A stretch of 60,765 bases of DNA, taken from a virus (taxonomy: Duplodnaviria; Caudoviricetes). This document shows, one piece after another, positions 54,363 through 60,765 of the stretch (within the stretch, counting starts at the first letter, position 1; every line of letters begins with the position of its first letter). The notes below the pieces were generated by a model that was not told where the DNA came from, did no database searches, and was given only the letters and a program-made list of their open reading frames with translations. Made by a program: the position numbers and the translations under genes. The stretch covers positions 1-60,765 of the IMG/VR virus record IMGVR_UViG_3300025890_000027. One strand, given 5' to 3'.

Positions 54363-55061
54363 TTGGCTGAATTCCCTAATCTCGCTGGAGTGGTCACAAA
54401 AGATCTTGTTGAGTCGATTGGGACAGGTAAGTATTCTGCCAGTTACGTCAACTGGTCAAGAACACATCAACTCCTGCGCCAACACGCTCCTGGCTGGTCC
54501 GTCGAAGTTAAAGAGCATAGTCCGACCGGCGAAATCTTATTCCGTGCCCCAGTGGGAGGTTATTTGCAGCTCAGAGTCAGCCATGTCGATGGCACTGTGG
54601 GTCCCTGGGTGCCACAAGCTGTTATGGATAATCGCAACAAAGATATCCCTATTGATAGGATTGGAGCTCGAGACATTACGGACACTCACAGGCGAGGCTC
54701 TTGCATGTGCCTGGCTTATTCTTTCGGCCTAGCAGGTGAGTTGTGGGCAAAAATGAAGCTCGAAGCCGGCTGGGGTCTCGACCAAGGAGAAACATCTGAA
54801 CCTCTTAAGTCCTCAACCCAAGGACAACCAAAGTCGCAGCCTGCTCCTATCTCGAATCCTAGCGTCAGTCCAACCTGCACAGAGGAGTCCTTTCGCGAGG
54901 CCCTTCTCTCGAAGGGCGTCAATACAACCGCTATCGATGCATGCGTCGAAATCGTTATCAACAAGCTCAACGGAGATTTCGGACAAGGAATCCGTCAGGT
55001 CGGAACAAAGTCAACAGAAGAGCTTAACGAAAAATACGGATCCCAGCCAAAGACTTGGTGA
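54363..55061 (+). CDS. Sak3-like single-strand annealing protein
   Basis: ASYVNW...AVMDNRN...ARDITDTHRR...FGLAGELW. Confidence 0.7.
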   Translation: MAEFPNLAGVVTKDLVESIGTGKYSASYVNWSRTHQLLRQHAPGWSVEVKEHSPTGEILFRAPVGGYLQLRVSHVDGTVGPWVPQAVMDNRNKDIPIDRIGARDITDTHRRGSCMCLAYSFGLAGELWAKMKLEAGWGLDQGETSEPLKSSTQGQPKSQPAPISNPSVSPTCTEESFREALLSKGVNTTAIDACVEIVINKLNGDFGQGIRQVGTKSTEELNEKYGSQPKTW

Positions 55062-55171
55062 CATAGAAAGAGCTTGTCAATCGTTGGCCGGCTTTTTTCG
55101 TGGAACCATTATTTGAAGCCAAGAGCAGTATTTTGTGGTATTATTTATCTGTACCTTCGAAAGGAACCGCA

Positions 55172-55984
55172 ATGGCTGACTCGTCCTCATCAGGCTCCAT
55201 CGCCACCTGGCTCGATGGAGCTGGTCGTCGCAAAACTCGAAACAAAAGCGATACTTTGGAAATTTGCGCTAGAATGTCCAAGCTTAAGCCCGGGAGCAAG
55301 CTTTACGTTAAATATCTAAACAAAGCTTGTGAAATGAATCTTTTACTAGTAGCCAATGCCGTACGTCTTTTTATCCGCAAAAGATCGTCAGTGAATTGGC
55401 GCGACACCCATACAGAGGACCTTCTTCAACAAGGATATTTTGGGCTAAGACGCGCTGTCGAAAAATTCGATCCGAGCTTGGGATATGCTTTCAGTACTTA
55501 CGCTATGCCGTGGATCCGACAAGCAATTAGCCGTTACCATAACAGCAAAGCTTCTATGATCTACATCCCAGAAGGCGTCTCTCAGCAGGTTTTTTATATT
55601 GCCAAGCACGGCAAGAAGAAGATAAACGGATCAGGATTGGCCACCAATGATCGTTTGCTAGATGCGGCTCGTTACGCTATGAGGCCTCTTTGTCTTGATG
55701 CTCCTTGTGATAGAAAAGAGAACTCACGGCCTTTGCACGAAACTGTTCCCTACGTTACCCCCGAGCCAACTTACACTGAAGAAGAACCAAACTGGGCTAC
55801 TCAGATGCTTGGTGAGGCTATTGACACCGCAGGGTTGAGCGGCCTGGAAGCCAGCTTAATTCGTTCCTACGCCCACGCCGGTCGCATTTCTTCCGCGGCT
55901 CGTAGTTGTGGATTGTCAGAGCACAAGGCTAGGCCAATTATCCGAAATGCTGTCGAAAAGATTAAAGCTGCTCACCATTCGTGA
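55172..55984 (+). CDS. Sigma70-family RNA polymerase sigma factor
   Basis: NLLLV...EDLLQQGYFGLRRAVEKFDPSLGYAFSTYAMPWIRQAISR (region 2). Confidence 0.9.
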   Translation: MADSSSSGSIATWLDGAGRRKTRNKSDTLEICARMSKLKPGSKLYVKYLNKACEMNLLLVANAVRLFIRKRSSVNWRDTHTEDLLQQGYFGLRRAVEKFDPSLGYAFSTYAMPWIRQAISRYHNSKASMIYIPEGVSQQVFYIAKHGKKKINGSGLATNDRLLDAARYAMRPLCLDAPCDRKENSRPLHETVPYVTPEPTYTEEEPNWATQMLGEAIDTAGLSGLEASLIRSYAHAGRISSAARSCGLSEHKARPIIRNAVEKIKAAHHS

Positions 55985-56021
55985 TACACTGGAACCAACC
56001 CAACCTTATTGAGGAAACGAA

Positions 56022-56396
56022 ATGACATCAGTCTCCCTGGCAGGAAAAGTAACAGGGAAGGAAGAAGAGCCTCCCGTTACTGTTCGCGAATTTGGGAATG
56101 GAGGCAAAATCGCAAGGTTCTCTGTGCTTGACAATGAGTATTTTTACGTCAAACAGACAGATGACCGCAAGCTTCAATTCTATACTGTCGAGGTATCCGG
56201 AAAACAAGCTGAAATTGTAGCTGAGCGATTAGCCCGAGGAGATCAAGTTGGTGTTCATGGCCAGCTTATACAGCGAGACTGGAATGGCAAAACCTTTCTT
56301 GACGTTAAAAACGCTCGAATCACATTCCTTACACCTCGACCAGAAGCAGACGTAACGCCTGGTTCTGTTGCTGATGAAGATTCTGCTTTGTTTTGA
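56022..56396 (+). CDS. ssb: Single-stranded DNA-binding protein
   Basis: OB-fold pattern GKQAEIVAERLARGDQVGVHGQL; acidic tail ending DEDSALF. Confidence 0.85.
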   Translation: MTSVSLAGKVTGKEEEPPVTVREFGNGGKIARFSVLDNEYFYVKQTDDRKLQFYTVEVSGKQAEIVAERLARGDQVGVHGQLIQRDWNGKTFLDVKNARITFLTPRPEADVTPGSVADEDSALF

Positions 56397-56459
56397 TAGG
56401 TAGCCTAGTCTGGCTACCCCTTATTTATCGTCTCCGCGACGCTTAATAAAAACTACATC

Positions 56460-56488
56460 CCTACTGGCAAAAACCAGTAGGTTTTTTT
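56460..56488 (+). terminator. Rho-independent terminator
   Basis: CCTACTGG-CAAAAA-CCAGTAGG-T7. Confidence 0.85.
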
Positions 56489-56520
56489 GTGCTAAAATAG
56501 TCATTCCAAGAGGTAGTACC

Positions 56521-56949
56521 ATGAATCACAGCTTTAATTTCTCTATAGAAGAGTCGGAGGTTTGCCCAGGGACCGTGGGCCTTTTAATAGAAGATCAGCC
56601 TAAGCTCACGACAGCGCATGTCCGCCCCTTCGTTTGGTCCATCCTTTTGTTTCGCGGTGGCGTTCATAGCTGGGAAGTGGTCAGTGTTTTAAGTAGCGTG
56701 TGCAGCGTAGAAGATATGAAGATTAATGATGAAGATGATGACGACAGGAATTGGGCCGAAATTTGTGTTGATAACGTTTTAGCCGAAATGGTCATCGAAG
56801 GCTTGCTTGAGTACAACCAAGAAAAAGATATCTGGGTTTTGCGTTATACTCCAAAAGCAGTACCTGTTGTAATAAAAGCTGTCTCAGGTGTTAATGGATC
56901 GATACCAAAGCATTTCATCCTAGAAATGAGTAAGGGAGGCTTCAATTGA
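56521..56949 (+). CDS. Hypothetical protein
   Basis: 142 aa, GAGG RBS, extended -10 at 56490. Confidence 0.7.
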   Translation: MNHSFNFSIEESEVCPGTVGLLIEDQPKLTTAHVRPFVWSILLFRGGVHSWEVVSVLSSVCSVEDMKINDEDDDDRNWAEICVDNVLAEMVIEGLLEYNQEKDIWVLRYTPKAVPVVIKAVSGVNGSIPKHFILEMSKGGFN

Positions 56950-56971
56950 AGCCAACAGAGGAAGCGTTTTA

Positions 56972-57238
56972 ATGGGACGTCTAAACAAAGAGACTGGAGA
57001 GTTTAAACCAAAGCCTTCAGTCAATAGTCGAACAGTTTTCATGCAACAACGACCTCAGCCACTTAGGTCTTGCGCCAAGGGCACAGATGTCTACGTGCGA
57101 ATGGGAGCTGGTTGGTCTAAAGGTACTGTGTTAAGCTGGTCAAGGAGATCTATCTGCTGCTATTGCCCTCAACTAAAAAAACAAGTTAGCGTTTACGACA
57201 ACCGATCAATTCGCCTACCTGGCGACCCTAAATTCTAA
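56972..57238 (+). CDS. Hypothetical protein
   Basis: 88-aa ORF with RBS-like GAGG. Confidence 0.6.
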   Translation: MGRLNKETGEFKPKPSVNSRTVFMQQRPQPLRSCAKGTDVYVRMGAGWSKGTVLSWSRRSICCYCPQLKKQVSVYDNRSIRLPGDPKF

Positions 57239-57252
57239 AAGGACTGCATTGC

Positions 57253-57891
57253 ATGAACACACAAAACGAAATCTGCAAAGTTTGCGACGAGATCAAGGCG
57301 CTCCTGCTTGAGAAAAACCTTAAGTATGGTGACTCTGCTATCAATCCTCAGAGGGTTTTCAGTAGAGCTAGCTCTGTCGAGCAATTGAACGTCAGGATTG
57401 ACGATAAGCTGTCCCGCATCAAGGAGTCAGGTACGATAAGCGTAGACGAAGACACCTTGCAAGACCTAATAGGATATCTAGTGCTTTTGAGGATTGCTAC
57501 GTCACAGAGAGAAAAGCTAATCCCTTTTGCCACTACTTACGAAGATTTCCTTGAGGATCGGATTCTGTCCGCTATGGTGGATGATGATTTTGTTGATGGA
57601 CATTCTTGGGATTATGATTGGACGTCTGACGAGGACATCGAGACACCTTGGGATACACTCTCGCCTAATGAGAATCCTCCTGAAGGGCGTTCAACCTTTA
57701 GCAAGGACAAATCCCCATGGGACCCCAATCTAGGTCCTACGGAGCCTCTATTAGAGGACTCAGAAGTGTCTGAAGCTATCGATCTAAAGCCTCTAAGCTT
57801 TTACACTGAAAACGAAATAGTCTCTATCATCGCTAAAGGAGAATCCGTAATTGGTATCAAAAAAGACGGTTCAACTTTTCTTCTTAATTAA
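57253..57891 (+). CDS. DUF1599-like (nucleotide-modification-associated) protein with acidic tail
   Basis: LLEKNLKYGDS...VRIDDKLSRI...DTLQDLIGYLVL. Confidence 0.75.
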   Translation: MNTQNEICKVCDEIKALLLEKNLKYGDSAINPQRVFSRASSVEQLNVRIDDKLSRIKESGTISVDEDTLQDLIGYLVLLRIATSQREKLIPFATTYEDFLEDRILSAMVDDDFVDGHSWDYDWTSDEDIETPWDTLSPNENPPEGRSTFSKDKSPWDPNLGPTEPLLEDSEVSEAIDLKPLSFYTENEIVSIIAKGESVIGIKKDGSTFLLN

Positions 57892-58284
57892 ATGACGAAA
57901 CCTTTAGCAGAAATTGCTATTCAAATGCCTCTTTTCTCGAAGGCTCGACCAAGAGTCACCTCAAGAGGAACCTTCATGCCAAAGGAGTACAAGCAAAAGC
58001 AAAAAGAAATGCGTCGTCAGATTCAAGAGCAGTATTCTGGCGAGCCCTTCTCGGGACCCTTGAAGCTTGAAATTGAATTAAGAGGTGAAGGCCGTGGAGA
58101 CATCGACAATATGATTGGAGCTTTTTTCGATACAGCGAATAAGATTTTGTGGACTGACGATCGAGTCTCAATAATTCCTGAAGTTTGTGTCTCGTGGTCA
58201 AGAGCTAAAAAGAATGAATCTTCATGGCTTATTAAGATTTACGAATCCAACGATAAAGATATATACAGATTGCCCTTGTCCTGA
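57892..58284 (+). CDS. rusA: RusA-like Holliday junction resolvase
   Basis: SKARPR...DIDNMIGAFFD...WTDD. Confidence 0.85.
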   Translation: MTKPLAEIAIQMPLFSKARPRVTSRGTFMPKEYKQKQKEMRRQIQEQYSGEPFSGPLKLEIELRGEGRGDIDNMIGAFFDTANKILWTDDRVSIIPEVCVSWSRAKKNESSWLIKIYESNDKDIYRLPLS

Positions 58285-58312
58285 TACACTGAAAAGGGTC
58301 AGAGCATAACCT

Positions 58313-59152
58313 ATGGCAGAAGTCGTCTACAATCAAAACGAGTTTGACTATCGCCGAGAAGAAGGCGTGAATCAGTCTAGTCTCAAAAAAATCCTAGACA
58401 GCCCGGCACATTTCCAAGCCGCCTTGAAGTCTCGAATAATCCCTACTCCTGCGATGGAGATGGGAACGGCTCTTCACTGTTTATCTCTTGACGGAGAAGA
58501 CGCTTTCAATGCTCAATACATAAAGAAGCCTGATGGCATAAAGCTAAACACCAAAGAAGGCAGGGAATGGAAAGAAGGGGTGGGCCGCAAGAAAATTCTT
58601 GCAGTAGGGGGCAAAGATGATCCGTGGGGGAGCGTCCAAGGGATGGCTAGTTCTCTTTCTCGTCTTGAGTACTACAACAACACTGGCCCTGAATATATCA
58701 AGCGGAATGAGGTGTCGATTTACTGGGAATGGGAAGGTGTCAAGTGTAAAGCTCGCCTAGATAGCGTACTAGTAGACGAAGGCATTGTTATCGACCTAAA
58801 GACTACCGACAGTGTAGACGTTGACCTGTTTACTAAAAAAGTCTTGGGGCTTGGATACGACTTTCAGGCTGCTTACTATGCCAAAGCAGCTCAAATGGCT
58901 TACGGAAGATCATTCAAGTTTATTTTCGCTTGCATAGAGCGGAGAGATCCCTTTTCTGTTGACCTGTTCGAGGTGGACGAGGAGATGATGGCAGAGGCTA
59001 CTGCAAAATGCATAGCTGCGTTGCGCCTTTACAAGACTTGCTCCTCTTTGGGAAATTGGTCCAATAGAGAGCCCAGGATGTACAGTCTTTCCTATCCTTC
59101 CTGGTACAAGCCTTACGGCTCACAGGAAGAACCTGTAGAAGACGTGTTTTAA
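58313..59152 (+). CDS. RecE-like PD-(D/E)XK exonuclease
   Basis: MEMGTALH...CKARLD...IDLKTT...YDFQAAYY. Confidence 0.85.
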   Translation: MAEVVYNQNEFDYRREEGVNQSSLKKILDSPAHFQAALKSRIIPTPAMEMGTALHCLSLDGEDAFNAQYIKKPDGIKLNTKEGREWKEGVGRKKILAVGGKDDPWGSVQGMASSLSRLEYYNNTGPEYIKRNEVSIYWEWEGVKCKARLDSVLVDEGIVIDLKTTDSVDVDLFTKKVLGLGYDFQAAYYAKAAQMAYGRSFKFIFACIERRDPFSVDLFEVDEEMMAEATAKCIAALRLYKTCSSLGNWSNREPRMYSLSYPSWYKPYGSQEEPVEDVF

Positions 59153-59195
59153 TTAAGATGCTAGTGCTAAAATCAAAATCATCATTCCTGGATTC

Positions 59196-59924
59196 ATGAA
59201 CGCAGAGACTCATTCCGTCAAGCTGATCAGCGTGTCACGCCTTGCTGATCACGATTTAATCGACCTTTTAGAGAACGCTCGATGTCATTACAAAGAAGAC
59301 GTTGAAGAGCTAGCTGAGTCCGAGTTCATTACAACCTATTGTGCTCGTGTCTCTAATCCTAAAAATCAAGAAAACACGAAAACAGCTCCTCGGCTCTTGC
59401 GTTATCTGATGAAGCACAAACATTGGTCGCCTTTTGAAATGGCTAATATGGTTGTGGAAATCGATACGACTAGGGCAATTGCAGCTCAGATATTGCGTCA
59501 CAGGAGCTTTTCATTCCAAGAATTCAGTCAGCGTTACAGCGATGTCTCTGACTTGCCATCCATAGGACTTCCTCTTCTCCGCACTCAAGACGCAAAGAAC
59601 AAACAAGCAAGTCACGATGATTTGTCCCCAGAGCTGAAAGCTCGCTATGAAGGATACATTCAAGATCTTTATGCTGGAGCGACGGATCTTTATCACAACA
59701 TGCTTAGCAATGGTGTCGCAAAAGAATGTGCAAGATCAATCCTACCTCTTGGCACGCCTACTCGATTGCTAATGAATGGAACACTCCGCAGTTGGCTGCA
59801 TTTTATACAAATCAGAAGCGGAGAGGAGACTCAATTGGAACATCGGATGATAGCTTTAGAGATTAAGGAAATCTTTAGAAAAGAGTTTCCAGTGATATAT
59901 GAGGCAGCTTTTCCGGTATACTGA
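59196..59924 (+). CDS. thyX: Flavin-dependent thymidylate synthase
   Basis: HWSPFE, RHRSFSFQEFSQRY, KECARSILP. Confidence 0.95.
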   Translation: MNAETHSVKLISVSRLADHDLIDLLENARCHYKEDVEELAESEFITTYCARVSNPKNQENTKTAPRLLRYLMKHKHWSPFEMANMVVEIDTTRAIAAQILRHRSFSFQEFSQRYSDVSDLPSIGLPLLRTQDAKNKQASHDDLSPELKARYEGYIQDLYAGATDLYHNMLSNGVAKECARSILPLGTPTRLLMNGTLRSWLHFIQIRSGEETQLEHRMIALEIKEIFRKEFPVIYEAAFPVY

Positions 59925-59989
59925 TTACTGGGTGTTTCGTAATCAACACTTTGCGACTTCACTCTTGACGTTCTTTTCTTGAAAATTAC

Positions 59990-60346
59990 ATGAAATCGAT
60001 TATCGCTGCAAGCGCTCTTCTCGCTTCTGGCTCAGCTGCTCTTGCCGGCCCTTATGTTAGAGGGGAGGTAGAATTTAGAGGTATTGACAACGATTATGGC
60101 AGTACAAAGACCCAGGCTCGTGTAGGCTACGAATACGACAAATCGAGCAAAGTGGCTCCTTACGTTGAGATCGGTGGAGGTGTCATTGCGCCTGACAGAG
60201 AAAGTAGCCAAGGTCTTTTTGCTGTTGAAACCGGTCTAAAAGTAAACTTGACAGACAAGCTTACTGCCAAGGCTTCTGCTGAAAATCTACGCTATGATGA
60301 CAGCAATAGGTGGAAGGTGAAACTCGGGGCTAAATACGCATTTTAA
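59990..60346 (+). CDS. Secreted outer-membrane beta-strand protein
   Basis: Signal peptide ending ALA, alternating beta strands, C-terminal KLGAKYAF. Confidence 0.75.
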   Translation: MKSIIAASALLASGSAALAGPYVRGEVEFRGIDNDYGSTKTQARVGYEYDKSSKVAPYVEIGGGVIAPDRESSQGLFAVETGLKVNLTDKLTAKASAENLRYDDSNRWKVKLGAKYAF

Positions 60347-60347
60347 A

Positions 60348-60420
60348 AGCTGAATAGATCAAGGCGGGTGCAATTCCCGCTACAGCTATTAGACAGCCAA
60401 GTCTTAAAACTGGTCTTATT
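60348..60420 (+). ncRNA. Structured psbA leader (tRNA T-arm-like minihelix plus PhotoRC-II-like element)
   Basis: AGCTG/CAGCT enclosing GCGGG-TGCAATT-CCCGC; then AGAC-AGCCAA-GTCT with downstream TGGTCT; family assignment from memory, unsearched. Confidence 0.55.
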
Positions 60421-60453
60421 TAATCGCTTCAAAAAACATGCATTTTTACTCTC

Positions 60454-60765
60454 ATGATCGCTTCATCTCAGTTACAACAACAAAAGGCAGGCTGGCAGCA
60501 GTTCTGTGAGTGGGTCACCTCCACTAACAATCGTCTTTATGTCGGTTGGTTCGGTGTGTTGATGATCCCCACACTGCTTGCCGCTACCACTTGCTTCATC
60601 GTTGCTTTTATCGCCGCACCTCCGGTTGATATCGACGGCATCCGCGAACCTGTTGCAGGAGCTTTACTCTATGGAAACAACATCATCTCAGGTGCGGTCG
60701 TACCTAGCAGCAATGCAATTGGTCTACATCTCTACCCCATCTGGGAGGCAGCAAGCCTCGATGAG
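60454..60765 (+). CDS. psbA: Photosystem II D1 protein, 5' part (runs off window)
   Basis: [29 protein letters not shown]...[13 protein letters not shown]...[20 protein letters not shown]. Confidence 0.98.
   Translation, partial: MIASSQLQQQKAGWQQFCEWVTSTNNRLYVGWFGVLMIPTLLAATTCFIVAFIAAPPVDIDGIREPVAGALLYGNNIISGAVVPSSNAIGLHLYPIWEAASLDE

Noticed and set aside
56399-56418. Late motif GGTAGCCTA in the replication block
   Set aside because: It is one arm of the hairpin GGTAGCC-TAGTCT-GGCTACC after ssb and is followed by a terminator, not a start codon
158-59696. Numerous short overlapping or antisense ORFs in the track (e.g. 158..571, 6025..6393, 37332..37823, 48025..48450)
   Set aside because: They shadow well-supported genes and have no motifs or regulatory signals of their own
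60348-60387. tRNA gene or amber suppressor
   Set aside because: Only 40 nt with no D or anticodon arm; kept as a tRNA-like leader element

Overview
A 60.8-kb stretch of a cyanophage genome with long-tailed (siphovirus-type) structural genes, most likely infecting Synechococcus. Order along the window: a small early-type cassette flanked by 10-bp-phased TAAC repeats; neck genes; tail chaperone pair with a -1 frameshift site; antisense HNH; tail terminator; tail tube with an in-frame extension behind a single TAG; tape measure; tail-tip genes; about 24 kb of modular fibre/LamG proteins; scaffold and major capsid; a second fibre cluster; Lys/Arg-rich small proteins; lysis genes; a replication/recombination block (DnaB-like helicase, initiator, candidate origin, Sak3-like, sigma70-family factor, SSB, RusA, RecE-like, ThyX); an outer-membrane-type protein; and the 5' part of psbA with a structured leader. 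No terminase, portal, polymerase, integrase, full tRNA or CRISPR is visible. Strongest signals: (1) a GGNANNMTA motif before 28 late genes, usually 18-28 nt from the start, while replication genes have TGnTAnnnT boxes, suggesting a phage-sigma late regulon; (2) recurring DGGxF peptides and GE-type N-terminal caps across the fibre proteins, a possible plug-and-socket fibre assembly code; (3) probable amber readthrough of the tail tube; (4) HLR1/RpaB-like repeat arrays; (5) a circularly permuted MAM-like domain. All product calls come from motif recognition by eye; no database searches were run.
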